64,000 nucleotides of DNA from Camelus dromedarius (lineage: Eukaryota): contig NC_087472.1 in assembly GCF_036321535.1 (NCBI RefSeq), positions 91,948,001 to 92,012,000 of the forward strand, given 5' to 3'. Below are positions 1-12,633 of the stretch, in pieces. Below the pieces are notes generated by a model. That model was not told where the DNA came from. It did no database searches and was given only the letters and a program-made list of their open reading frames with translations. Position 1 is the first letter of the stretch. Each line of letters starts with the position of its first letter. A program made the translations under genes and the position numbers.

Positions 1-1760
1 GATGAAGATAATAATCCACCATGCAGAAGAAAACCAAAGAGATGGAAAATATAAAATAGGGTCTGAGATACAGAAAATAGAGCAAAAAATTGTATCTTAT
101 TCTAAGAAAAGTTCCACAAGAAGAGGAGAGAAAGAATGAAAGAATGAGGCTGACATACATTTGAAGCGATAATATCTGAGAATTTTACGTAACTGGTGAA
201 AGACCCAAATTCTCAGATTCATGAAACACTGATGACTCTCAGAAAGGAAAAATAAAAGGAAATTCACTGCTGGGTATATATAATGAAATCATATAAAATT
301 AAATACAAAGAAAAAACTTTTAAAATAGAGAAGAGACAGTCTCTTCAAGTGAGTAACATGTAGACTGACAAAGAAATTCTCAGAGTCAGCAATGGAAGTC
401 AAAAGCCTGTGGAATAATAGTTCACTGTGCTGAAAAGAATTTAGAACTAAACATATCATTCATGAATGAAAAATATAAACATTTGAGACAACAAACAGAT
501 TGCATTTGGTACTAACATACCCTCACAGAAAGAAACTATAAAGAACTACTCTTCAGGCAGAAAGAAAATGATCACAGAGGGATGCAGGAAGGTATGATGA
601 GAAAAAAAGTGTTAAATACTTGGGTATACTCAATCAACAGATTCAATAATTATTTCTGAGCAATGACTATGCGGTAGGGCCTGTTTTAAGTGCTTGAGGT
701 ACAGCATTGAATAACCACTGCAACAAAAATTCCTGCCTTCATGGAGCTTCCATTCTAGTGAATATCTATCTAAGCAAATATTGACTGTATAAAGCAATAA
801 CAATGCTCCTTCTGTGTATTAAAAAAATATGACTAAGATGCTGAGCAGCAATAAGAAAATTTGAAAGGAGCAGCAGAAAAAAAATCTTCTAAGGTTTCCA
901 CATTGTTCTGAAGGAGAATAAAAATATAGCTAAAAGTAAACTTTGATAAATTAAGTATAACATGTGAATTTTCTAGGATATAATGAAAAGAACAGAGATC
1001 AAGTATAAAACTTTCAAACTCAATCAGTTTGAAAGAAGAAAAAACTCAGAGAAAGTGACATATGAAAATGTCAGGTAAGCAGAAATCACAAAATATGAAA
1101 CAGATGATTCCAAATACCACTTATTACAATTAAAAATGAACTAAAAGTTCTAGTTAACAAAGACTTTCAGACAGCAGTGAAAAAAATCAAATCCAACTAA
1201 ATGTGTTCATAAGTGGCATATCTAAAAGTATACCAAATGGTACATAAAAATATTTATATACAGCAAATACAAACAAAATAAAGCTGCCTTGACTATATTA
1301 ATAATACATGAAACAGACTTCAAAGAAAAGGTATTATTAGAGATAGACAGGGCCACCATATAGAATAATAAGCATTTCACCTTATCAGAAACATGTATCT
1401 AGGATACATACTGAGACTACATAAATATGCACAAAGTATATGTCATAATGTCATAGTATATAAAGTAAAATTTGACAGGTTATGAAGAGGAATACACAAA
1501 TAGACCACTTTAGTCAAACATTTTCAAAGTTCCTCCTTCCAAGTGATAGATAAATCAGGCAAAAAAAAAAAAAAAAAAAAACGGAAAGGAAAAATCAGCA
1601 CAATATATAGAATTTCAGATGTCAAACCAACATACTCAAACTAATGCATCCAACAATTTCAGAATACAAAAGCTTTTCAAACCCACAGGGAGCTCTAATG
1701 ACAATTAATAATGTACTGGGTCTTAATGCAACTCTATAAATTTAAAAGGATTAGTATCAT
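1..1760 (+). mobile_element. Old L1 (L1M/L1ME-type) ORF1 3' part, inter-ORF and ORF2 endonuclease region, degenerate; interrupted by L2 at ~630-760
   Basis: A-rich plus strand with L1 ORF1-like motifs (ataatatctgagaatttt, ctcagattcatgaa, agcaatggaagtcaaaagcctgtggaataa) and ORF2-like motifs (gactatattaata...aacagacttcaaag, taaaatttgacag, gcatccaacaatttcagaataca). Confidence 0.8.
630..760 (-). mobile_element. L2 3' end nested in the L1
   Basis: attcaataattatttctgagc...gtgcttgaggtacagcattgaataa...cctgccttcatggagcttccattctagtg matches the reverse-complemented L2 3' end. Confidence 0.85.
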
Positions 1761-1774
1761 TAAATAAATTTATA

Positions 1775-2040
1775 CTAATACAATGTTGCTTTTATTTGCT
1801 ATATTAACATTATATGTGAGATCTTATTTTTAAAAAATCCTATTCCAAATAAGGGATAGTCTGCTTATTGGGAAAAAGTAAATTACCATGCTGCATACTG
1901 TGAAGGCATCTTAATTTTTCATTGAATGATCATGGCATAATTACTCTATTGTTTATGACTTGGGTAATTTAAATTTTTTGCTACTATAAATATCACTGTG
2001 ACAAAGTTCCTATTACAGAAGTCTTTGTAAGAGTCTCTGT
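1775..2040 (-). mobile_element. Old L1ME-like 3' fragment
   Basis: ttcattgaatgat...gacttgggtaatttaaattttttgctactataaatatcactgtgacaaa resembles antisense L1ME 3' region. Confidence 0.55.
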
Positions 2041-2044
2041 TAGT

Positions 2045-3300
2045 TATAGTTCAGGTTTTCCTACCCAGCACTGGTTTCCCCAGCAGTTGCTGTTCATGAA
2101 TCTTTACACTAGTGAGCCATGACTCCTTGTATTCGCCTGTGTCTTCAGTCTTGGGGGAAATGCTTTGCCCTCTTACTTCACCTCTCCTATGAATCCTTGA
2201 AGAGTTGCTGATTTTTCAGTCTGTTCAGCTTTTTACTGTTAGGATGAAATAGCAACCTCCAACCTCCTTACGTGTGGAACTGGAAACTGGGAGTCTGTCT
2301 TTGATTTTTGACAATATAATGTGTCTCAGTGAAGTTGTCTTGATCTCAGCCTACTGGAGGTTCTCTGGGCATCCTGGATCTGAATGTTCATTTCCTTGTC
2401 CAGATTTGGGAAACTTTGCCTCATTATTTCTTTACATACACTTTCTGTCCCATTCTCATTCTCTGTTCCTTTTGGTACTCTCTTAATGCATATATAGGTT
2501 CCCCTGATGGTGGTCAATAAGTGACAGAGGTTTTTTTCACCCATTTTCACTCCTTTTTTTCCTGTCTAACTGCATAATTCCAAATGACTTGTGTTCAAGG
2601 TCACTGCTGTTTCTTCTGCATATTGTCTACTTCAGGGACCACAGTCATGTCCAAGGTCATTGAGCTTATTACCAGGGGTGCACATGGGCCTGGTTTCTGC
2701 CCAGTCCCTTGGGTGGGTCCCTGGATGGGCAAAAATGCCTTAGACTATGGGTAGAGCAGTGCTAATCTAGGTCATAAGACAGCTTCAAGGACTGCAGTCA
2801 GGTCCAGGACTGTGTTACTCCCATTATCCCATCTTTGTAATTGTTTATTGCAAATATATTGATCACCTTCCCTTTTCTCATTTCTTCATCTAAATTAGAT
2901 GTATTTATGAGGTTAGATATCTATTTTGTACCCCGTATTCCCTACTCATTCTTCTATATATTTTACTTTTACTTTGTATTCTGGAGACATTTTTTCATTT
3001 TACTCATACAGTTTGTTAAGCTTTCTCTGTTTTTTCATACTATAATACCTTTAAATTCAGATTTTAGATTTCTAGTTGCATTTGGTTTTTCTTTCATTTT
3101 TTTTCTCATTTTAACAAGTTCTTTAGTATCTCTGCCCATCATCACTAAATTTGCTCCCTAGAGCTCCCAGCTTTTTAATTAATAGCGATCATGTGTTCCT
3201 ACTTCTCTCTGAGGACATCAAGATATTGTTTAAACTTTTCGCCCCTTTCAGTGAAAACAGACTTTCAGAAATAAGTTGCTACTTTGAACCTTCAGGAAAA
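2045..3300 (-). mobile_element. Mosaic of antisense L1 5'UTR and ORF1 fragments
   Basis: 2045-2295 resembles an L1MC/MD 5' end (gatttttcagtctgttcagcttttt, ggaactggaaactgggagtc). The ORF at 2326-2550(-) carries L1 ORF1p-like VPKG...EIMRQSFPNLDKEMNIQIQDAQRT. T-rich ORF1-like sequence follows. Confidence 0.75.
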
Positions 3301-3987
3301 TCTTTCCTTTCTCTTATAATGCACAATAATTTTAATAGATACCATTTAGAAAATTTCAGTATAGACCCATTTTTCAGTGAGAGGAGACGTATTCAAACAT
3401 GGCAAATACTCAAAGTGAGTGGAGTGTTTTTAGCACTCTCATCTGCACTCTTGGCTGGACAGTTTCCAAAGTAGAAACATATTCACACAAAACATCACAT
3501 TACACATAAGCACGTTTGTGTGTAACTATTTCAATGGGAAGCGTGGGGAAGCTATACCAGTCCCCATTCATCTGCTACATCATGACCCTGGGAATTATCC
3601 ATTGATAAAATGTTTACTGCTGTTCCCTTTGTCAGGGTGGAAAGGTGACTGGCATATTGACAAATGGAAGTGCCTGTTTTGCCATGTACTACTTCAATGA
3701 ATATTAAATAACTTTAATTTATTTCCAGATTCTTCGCTAAGTAATATTTTATCATTGGGAGAATGACATTATATAAAAGTAGAAATAACTGAAAACTCAA
3801 ATCTATAAACAAAAGACTTGCTATTTAATTAATATTTAGTTCACTACAATCATTAAGGAAAATAACTAATTGCCAGAGTCTTTCTTACTAAGTTAGTGGG
3901 ACATATAAAAGTTCTTACTTTATTTTTAAATCACAATTAATGTTTAGATGTTCAACATTAGAAAATCATTCAAATAACAATAATATA

Positions 3988-4205
3988 CAATTGATCCATG
4001 AACAAGGTGGGGGTTAGGATGCCAGTCCTCCCCAGAGTCAATAATTCCCATATAACTTTACAGTGGCTTCTCCATATCCATGGTTTTGCATCCAGGGATT
4101 CAACCAACTGTGGATCATGTAGTAATGTCATATATACTGATTAAAAGAAATCCTTGTATAAGTGGGTCTGCACAGTACAAATCTGTGTCATTCAAGAGTC
4201 AATTG
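3988..4205 (-). mobile_element. Tigger-derived MITE (MER8-like)
   Basis: TIRs caattgatccatgaacaa / tcattcaagagtcaattg flanked by TA on both sides; internal ggattcaaccaactgtggat. Confidence 0.85.
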
Positions 4206-4254
4206 TATATTTGTTAATTTAAGAAAGGAAGAAAATACAATTCATACTGAATTT

Positions 4255-4560
4255 TGGTCAGGCTCCTTGGTGAGGCTACCATTGATGAAGCCAGTTCATG
4301 TTGAGCTTGAACTTCCTCTTCTCTGAACTCCTTGTATATTTAATTATAAAATACAAAAGTTGGCCCATTAATACATAAGATCCTATTCTGCATTTTACAT
4401 GTTTGCAACTCTTCTCTCTCTACATCCCTGCCCTCAAAAAAAAAAAATAAAAATTTAAAACCTTGAGAATATGGATCATGCCTCTAATACATTTAATGTG
4501 CTTCCTCTGGTCCCTCCATGCAGGGTCCTAAAAAACAGTGAGTCCAAGGTGGATATCACA
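4255..4560 (+). mobile_element. Degenerate L2 3' region
   Basis: cttcctcttctctgaactcctt...aaccttgagaatatggatcatgcct similarity to L2. Confidence 0.5.
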
Positions 4561-4789
4561 AATATTCTACTATTGGTTTCTAATTTTGCATTACAACTTG
4601 CAATAATACAAGTAAAAGTAGCATGGGGGAAACGTTACTTAAGTTGTGATTGAAAAACAGTGGAAATCAAGGGTCTGGTTTTATTACTTTTTTATATGAT
4701 GTGAAAATCTGCTTCAAAATGAAAGATTCATATAAATCAATTCATTGATGGTATGCATTTGTCTTAAAAGTAAAATAAATCATGTAAAA

Positions 4790-4890
4790 GTAGGAATTAA
4801 AAGACTTGGATTCAAGGTCCAGCTTCCTCATTTCATAGAAGTGATTGTTTAAAATATCAGATTCTCTAGTTTCCTCTTGTCTTTATTCAT
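4790..4890 (+). mobile_element. MIR fragment
   Basis: ggaattaaaagacttggattcaaggtccagcttc...tctctagtttcctcttgt. Confidence 0.6.
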
Positions 4891-5138
4891 CAGACCTTGA
4901 CATTTAGAATAATACTGGTTGCTGACTTGATTGAAAACACAAACACAGACATGGGCACTTATATCATGCACCTGTAGTTTCTGGTTACCCAGATAATACA
5001 GAATACTTACTATTTTAAAAATTATCATCAAAATAAAATACTACATATATAATATATAATGCATAATAATTTTTTTCTGTAGATATGTCATAACTCCTGA
5101 GAATACACCAATGTACCAAACTTAATACACGGTGATGT

Positions 5139-5447
5139 AGAGCAATTTTATTTAAAATGTGGCCCACAGACCAGAGCCAGTCTACAAATTGTTTTTATTG
5201 TTCTCCAATAAAAGAAGTATATAAAATGAGGATAAGGATTCGGTAACTTTTATAGCAATTTGATATCTTTTGAATGAAATAATAAAAATACCTGGCTATT
5301 TTTATATGCCTTTGTTTTTTAAATTATTGTTCCTAGTTATTGATTTTTATGATATTTTATCTAAGTATTGGTCTTGGAGGAATTGGAAATTAAAGTGAAA
5401 CAAAACAAAAAACCTGGTATTTAGCCTCAGGCAGTTTTAAAAGCATT
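5139..5447. mobile_element. hAT-Charlie element (Charlie4a-like)
   Basis: aaaatgtggcccacagacc...aacttttatagcaatttga...cagttttaaaagcattg terminal motif. Confidence 0.65.
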
Positions 5448-6916
5448 GATATGTTTTATTGCTGTTAATGTTATTATAATTTTAAACGCTAAATTAAAAA
5501 ATTTTTTTCTTGTCTAAGAATCAAGCTTGGACATCATCAAGCTTGCTTTCTTAAGTCTCAGTTTCTCTATCACATTTTTTTCTCTGATGAGTCTATTAGC
5601 AGCTAGTTACTAGACATTTTCATGCCTATTTTCTTTTAATGAAGCTTACACTGAGGAAGCTGTTCAAATCAGTGGAACAGTAATTTGTCCATGGCCTCCA
5701 TTAAATCAAACACAGGCAAACACATCCATGCACTCAAGAACATGCACATTCTTGGGATATTCATTCATAAAACTCCTAAGTACTATTCACGATTACATAA
5801 CTGTCAAACATGAAGATGTATTGAAAGTTATTATACTCCTTTTTCAATAGTAGAATTATATTTCCTATAACTCTGAATACTTTCAAAAACATTTCTTTGA
5901 TTCACTGTAATTCCAAACAGCAATTTAAAAATGTTATGACATAAAAATTTTTTAAAGCCGTAAAACTGAGTATATACCTTGAAAACCACAACTCGGGAAT
6001 CCTTTTATCTCTCTCCCAAACCATGGAATAGTTATCACCTCCATTCCACTTATAAAACAGTCACTCACCGAACTATCTTTGATCAGTCTTAGCTAAAGGC
6101 CTTACTCTTTCTGGTCAACATCACACTCTCAACAGTTAAAACATTTCATAAACTGAATACTGGCACTTAGTAACATTTTGCAAAGCTGATAAAACTTAGA
6201 AGGATTATTTGAAAGAACCTCACACTGACACACTGTCATTTCTAAATGTCAGGGACTTTGAGCTCAGCTCATAAAAATGAAGCTCATATTCAGAGACAAC
6301 ACTGCCTTCTGAGATAAATTTCTTTTTAAGTCTTATGGTTGTGGGAGGTGTAGTCTCAACCCTACTAAGATGACCTCCAAAAGCAGTAACCATTTTAAGG
6401 TCATGTGTACATTCCTGTGAGCAGATGGCACAGAAGGGCTTAACAGGTGTCCAGGCATAGCTTTACACTAGTGCTGGTTCTGCCCTAGAAAACATGTCCT
6501 CCAAACATCTGTCTCAAAAACACATGCGATGTATTGAGGGAAGATTTTCAGACCAAAGTCGTGTCAATATTTTCTATCCTATCTTCTTTTTCAATAATCT
6601 CTGTACCTTTTCAATACATAGAGTCTAATGGAAAAAGAGATATGGTATTCTGGGTTAAATAATCATGCAGAGATTAGAAAATACTTGGAAATATTTGCCT
6701 TGCTTGAATATAGGAATGAAGCTGTGTGTGCTTCTCGAAGTTTTAAACTAATATTCAAAGATAGTATTTTTTCTGAATGAAGTAATCTTTATTAAACTTA
6801 ATTTCAAATGAAAGGTCAGTATCTTGTGAAATTTATGCTTTGAAAATATTTTGAAACAACACTATACTGCTGATTAAGGGAGAGGTTTCATCACTGCTTT
6901 TATGTATACGTGTGAA

Positions 6917-6968
6917 TGTGTGATGTGTGATGTGTGATGTGTGATGTGTGTGTGTGTGTGTGTGTGTA
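6917..6968 (+). repeat. (TGTGATG)n grading into (TG)n microsatellite
   Basis: Directly visible. Confidence 0.95.
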
Positions 6969-7344
6969 TTTGGAGTATCAAGCTCCCATAATAAGGAAAG
7001 AGATAGAGAATTAAAGATGGGTAAACTTTGTTGGACAAAGTCATATGTTAATTCAAGCTGAATAATTAAATTATAAGAAACCAGGAGACCCAGTTTATGT
7101 TCATGTTGGCTGGTGCTGGACAAGGTACAAGGAGGGAATGATGGAGAATAGGAGCTCTTTGTTAGTGTAAGGAACTTCTAGTTCAGGGAGTTATTGATGG
7201 AACATTTGGTTTTGTGACTCTACCATGATGCATCTGATCCAGAGGGAGGCCATAGCTTAGTACTGCTCAGAATGACCCTATATTGGAGTGCTAGATTGGG
7301 TCAGAAGTCAAACACTACTGTTCAAGTTCAAAGCCTCTGTATCT

Positions 7345-7478
7345 TGCCATCCAATATAGTAGCCAGTAGCCACATAAGGTTATTGAGCATTGGAAATACA
7401 CCTAGTGTGAGTGAGGAATCAAATTTGTAATATTATTTCACTTAAATTATTTTAAAGTTAAATTTAACTAGCCACACT
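7345..7478. mobile_element. MER3/MER33-like hAT MITE, partial
   Basis: tccaatatagtagccagtagccacat...ttgagcattggaaat...aatttaactagccaca. Confidence 0.8.
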
Positions 7479-8756
7479 TTCTAAATATATTATATTCCAA
7501 AACTAATTTCAAGATTAGAAAATTGAACCATGAGTAATATAATGCTTTTTGCACGTAGCATGTTTCTAATATTCTTTGTTTAGTAAATGGCCTAATTGGT
7601 TTTGCTAATCATAATTCTAATGAATTAAGGAGATCTAAGAAAAGTTCTTAACACACAATAGTAGTAGTCAATTTTTATATATAAAGTACTACTAAGAAGT
7701 AAATTTTATAGAGGAAGTTTTAAATGAGCTATTAATCAAATATAATTTTAGCAAAGCCCTTAAGAGATTTCAATTCAGGAAAACTATAATGAAATAGCTG
7801 GTTTTATATTTTATAAAATGGCCATAAAATAAGAGAAACAAGTAGTTCTGTTTCATTAGTATTGACTTTTAACTTTTCAACTAAATAATTCAATTTGAAA
7901 TTAAGCACTAAAATATAGTTATCTATATTCAAAGAGGTAGTTTCAATATTATCAAAACAAAATAAGGTTTTATTATGAAAATAAACACCCATTCTCCCAT
8001 TATTCACACTTTATCTTACTTCTAATAACTAAAAAAGCAAACATATAAACAGAATCTGAAGACCCTCTTTTTAAATATTTCTGAAACAAACATAAGGAAT
8101 CAATACTAAAATGAAAATAAGAGTCTTGAGGATTTTAACAATTTTATCTAACAAGCAATTCTGTGGCCTTATAAAGTAAAATCTCTTTTTAATCATTTTA
8201 TATTTAATTAAGAAGTAAATAACCATATTCTAAAGAAGTCTGCCTCTCCCAGTCAACTTAGCTTCTTCAAAAGAGATGCCACACAGCATCCTAGTAATTC
8301 TCCATTTGATCAATCAAGTTGTGAAACTTCCTTTTGTGCAGCGCATTGTCATTCTTAGTGCAGTTGAATAAGGTTTTGCGGTTTAAAATTGCCCTATTAA
8401 CTTGGTGCTTCCTGCGTTTTCATTAACTCAAAACATATTTGATATCATGATAAGCTCTCTGAAATGAAACGTCCCTTCTGGAATAAGTCATTCTATTATA
8501 GCGGATGCTTACCACGGAACTTGGTTTTGAACATTACATCGCTTTAATGTGCTTTCCTATGAATTGATGCTTTGAATGAGGCTATACAACACTAGCATTT
8601 ATAACCATATGTGTTTTAGGCCAAGTCATTTCCCCTCTCCCCTACTGTAAAACTGTGAAGCAAATAATTTTTGAATTCCAAATTATATTCCTTTCCAGAA
8701 GGAACCTCTGCTAAGTACTTATATATACGTAAAATTACCCTGCTCCCATACTTGGG

Positions 8757-8932
8757 CAGTGGTTTTAAACTTTGGAGATCCATCATCATCACTTAAGAGA
8801 ACTTAAACAAAACAGAGCCCTGGCCCATGACAAGTCAACTAAATCAGAATCTCTAGCAAAGGGGCTGAGGCATGAGAAATTTTTAAAGCTTGGTAGGTGA
8901 TTATGAAGTGCAACCGAGGTTGGGTACTGTTG
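8757..8932. mobile_element. MER5B-like hAT MITE
   Basis: cagtggttttaaac...aatcagaatctct...ggtgattatgaagtgcaaccgaggttgggtactgttg. Confidence 0.75.
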
Positions 8933-8940
8933 CCCTAGCA

Positions 8941-9095
8941 CAAGAGCGCTCATATTTTAGCAGAGAGCTTACTCAAACAGATTTAAAGTTTCCGATTCTG
9001 CAAGTCAGGAGCAGGCCCTGATTATATGCATTCCAAACAAGTTCCTAGGTACTGCTGATGCTGCTGGTCCAGGGACAACATTTTGAGAACCACTG
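8941..9095. mobile_element. MER5A-like hAT MITE
   Basis: aacaagttcctaggtactgctgatgctgctggtccagggacaacattttgagaaccactg; candidate 8-bp TSD ccctagca/ccctaggg. Confidence 0.85.
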
Positions 9096-9448
9096 CCCTA
9101 GGGCTCTGAGATTAAGTCGCTTTGAATTCTCTTTGGAGATGATGCAAATTATCGCAGGTAATCTTTGTCATCGAATATGATACCACTCCTCTTGCTCATG
9201 TGATTTATCAAACAGAAGGATGAGGGGGGCTGGAGGGAATGAGAAACACTCAGATTGATCCTACTGGCCCTCTGGCGGTTCCTTGAGCATTTAATACATT
9301 GAGAGTTAGTTTTAAGTAGGGTGGACCATTTTCAGGGTCTCAGAAAAGCTCTGCCAAGTCAGCATATGACAAAGGACCTCAGCCACACTGGAAGAAGTCA
9401 TTTTGATTTTCCTTTTCTTAAAAAAGAACTTTACCAGGTAGATGTCTT

Positions 9449-10450
9449 CATTCCTTTATTCAAGAAATTGGACTCCTACTGTGTTCCAAGGCAAATAAAG
9501 GACAGCAAAAGAGAAGCAAGATCCTTGATTTTGCGGAATTTACATTATATTCAGAGTAGAAGGCCAAAAGCTAGCCAACAAAATGAATAGGAAACTGTTA
9601 GTTGGTGAAAAACACCTTAGAAAATAGAAGGCAGGTATGGATGTAGAGAGAACCTGCCTGGGGGTGTTGCTGAGATACCTGAGATAAAGTGGTAGAGAAG
9701 GCCTTACAGTGGTGTGACATTTGACTTGAGATTTGGATACTGAAGAACCAGATGAGCTTTCCAGGCAGAGGAAGAGTGAGTGCAAAGGCCTTTGAGGCTG
9801 GGCTATGCTGACTTTCTGTCTGGAACAGGAGAAAAGACTACACGGCTAGAATGAGCAGGAAACTGGTTAAGATCTGAGAGGCCAGAGGTTTTTCTGGGGG
9901 ATTTGTAGGCCATTGTTAGGGGCTTGGATTCATTCCTTGAGTAAGAAGACAAGGCATAACAGGGTTTTAACCAATGGAGTGATATGATCTTTATTTTTTC
10001 TTTTCATTATCATTCACTTACTGTGTCAAACAGAGAAGCAATGCTAGAGTAGAAGAAAGGACAGCTAGTAGGTGGAAAATACAGCATTCCGGGTGAGAAT
10101 CAATGGAGGCTTGGACTGGAAGAAGAGCAGCAGAGAAGGTGAGTTAGAGCTCAGAGAAAATGTTGACAGACTGACTGTCAAGTGTAAAGGATAAAGAAAA
10201 CGGATAATGACTCTTAGGTATTTGACTTGAATAATGGTGGATGTGTTGCAAACATTAATTGTAGTGGGGAAAAATGGATGGGAAGCAATTTGGGGACTGA
10301 AAAACCATTACTTTTGCTTGGAAGGCTATGGCTGAGTTGCCTGCCAGAATTTTAGAAGGAGTTTTCTAGTAGTCATTTGAATATATGAGTCTTTGTCCAG
10401 CAGAGCAGGAGTAAGAGATACAAATTTGGCAGTCATAAGTATGTAGGTAG
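9449..10450 (-). mobile_element. L2 (about 1 kb of 3' region)
   Basis: ttcattcctttattcaag tail; gaagagtgagtgcaaaggcc; tgtaggccattgttagggg; gagatacaaatttggcagtcat. Confidence 0.85.
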
Positions 10451-12084
10451 TAGAAGACTCAGTGATTCCACATGGGAGCACTCAATCTCAGGTGGATTTA
10501 TTCCGAACATTCTACCTGTAAAGAGGTATAATGGAAAGTTCTATTGCTTTCCAAAGCCTTCATATATAACTGATTCTACAAAAACAGCAGATCCAAGAAT
10601 ATGAGTAGAGATGGTCTTCCTAAGGGTAAAGGAATGGATATACTGATTAAAGCAAACCACATGACTCATTCACAAAGGGTTAACTGAAAGTAGAAAGCAC
10701 ATTATTATCATAAGGTGTCTCTGCAATTGGGTAGAGAAGATTCCCTGAATCTTTACTTCTTAGTCTACTTATTGACCCAGCTTTCAGACAAGCACCAGAA
10801 CTTTTCTTTGGGAAAGAAATTTCAGAGCTTTCTTTCATCAAGGGAGTTCCTTTTTGAGCAGAGACAGACACTTAACTTGTCCCTGTTTTCCTTCCAAGGC
10901 TTTTTCAGAACTTGGTTGAGTTCCAGACTTGGTCTCCTTCACCAGCCAATACTTTTTGTAAATATGAGAAAGTTATGTGTAGTCAATAAAGTCAAAATTT
11001 GGAAGAGATTTCCCAGACACCTGTAGAATTTGCATTATTTGAGTATTTAATAATTTATATGGTTGAAACTTAAGACCATTTAAATGTCACAAATAAGGGA
11101 CATTGCCTCAAATAACCTTGTTTTCTGTGATGTCTACTCCTACGGTGATTGATATATTTCAGGTCTATCACCCATGATTACAGACATATCCTATCATTGT
11201 AAGAGTAGAAATATATGTTAAATAATATGTGTAGAATATCAGTGAAATGTTACATATTTCAATCAATATCTTTTTGGTGGAGATGTAACATTACAGTGCA
11301 AATCTAATGAAAACGTTGTTATCTTACAATATTTAATAAATTGATTTAGAAAGCTATTATGTTATAGGTATGGTGGTACACTTTAAAATACTTCCCTGTG
11401 AATTATGTATCTGTAAAATAACTTTGTTTCATACATAATGTGGTTAGAATTTTTAGTTCCCTAATCAAAATCCACACTTTAAAAATGGTTATGAAAGAAT
11501 TTCAAGTATCATTATCAAAATCTACACCAGAGGTTTCATTAATACAAAAAAGGGATGCTTGAAATAATTATTCATTGATGAAATAAGTGGTGTTCAAGAT
11601 GTTTGGTTGGCTAAATAGATTTTATGGGCCTTAACATGAATGAGGCACAAGACTTCAGTAAGGCCAGGCACCTAATACTTTCAGATAAGTGCACTCAGTC
11701 AAGGTGTAAACTCTCTTTGGTCTGCCCTCTACTCTGTTCCATGGAAGATTCTATCCTCTGATCTGACTAGAAGTCTGGCCTATCTTCCTCATAATGAACC
11801 TCTCTTGCAATGTGACAGAAGAAGGTCCTACAGTTTGAGAGTGAGAACTTAAAGGCCTAAGCTCATAACTGTTTTTGTGCCTAGTTGCTCCTAAAAGTTG
11901 GTACATTTGACAGAATTTGGTCAATTTGGTATAAGGCTTGTGTTAATTTTAGCATACCACCTGGTAGGTTGCCATAGATCACCTACCTGTCTCTAAATGT
12001 AGGATCCTAACAAAGTTTGCTCAAAGAATCTGAAAATTGCTGAATGGCTAAATTGGCCAGGGTTAGTTTTTATAACTGAAGTTT

Positions 12085-12128
12085 AAACATTTAAAGGAAA
12101 AAAAATTAAAAAATAAAACATTTAAAGG
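12085..12128 (+). other. Poly(A)-only insertion with 13-bp TSD (AAACATTTAAAGG)
   Basis: Perfect direct repeat at 12085-12097 and 12116-12128 around an 18-nt A-rich tract; left copy is preceded by TTT. Confidence 0.65.
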
Positions 12129-12586
12129 GTCTACTTGGAGAAATAACAGACTGAGTTAAGTATGTTTTTAAACTATTTTTGAACAGTATTAATGTTTTGA
12201 TGAATTATTTATACTTACCCTTTCAAAAATAATGCCTTCTTCTTTCATTTTCAAGTACAGTTTTGAACTTCATTTATAAATTGGATGAGTATGCTCCAAT
12301 TTCACAAAAATGGAAAATGAATGCAAAAAAAACCCCCATGACCTGAACATGCCATTCATAATGCACAGATGAAGTACACTAAAAATAAAGTTGTCCCTTT
12401 GTCAAACTTGTAATTGTACTTGTAAAAGAAGAATGTTAATCTCCATTACTTCCTTTCTTCAGTCATTTAAATACACAGGCACAGACAAACATCATCCCTA
12501 TCCTCCCTTACTGCTAGCTAATCCTTGGATTGGTGAGAGTAATTTCAACAGGACACAGCGGGTCCTCTTGGAATAGCTCCATGTTT

Positions 12587-12632
<46 letters not shown>
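12587..12632 (+). repeat. (TA)n(CA)n compound microsatellite
   Basis: Directly visible. Confidence 0.95.

Positions 12633-12633
<1 letters not shown>

Noticed and set aside
11640..12060. Possible old LTR or other repeat
   Set aside because: Composition is suggestive, but I could not match termini or any consensus.
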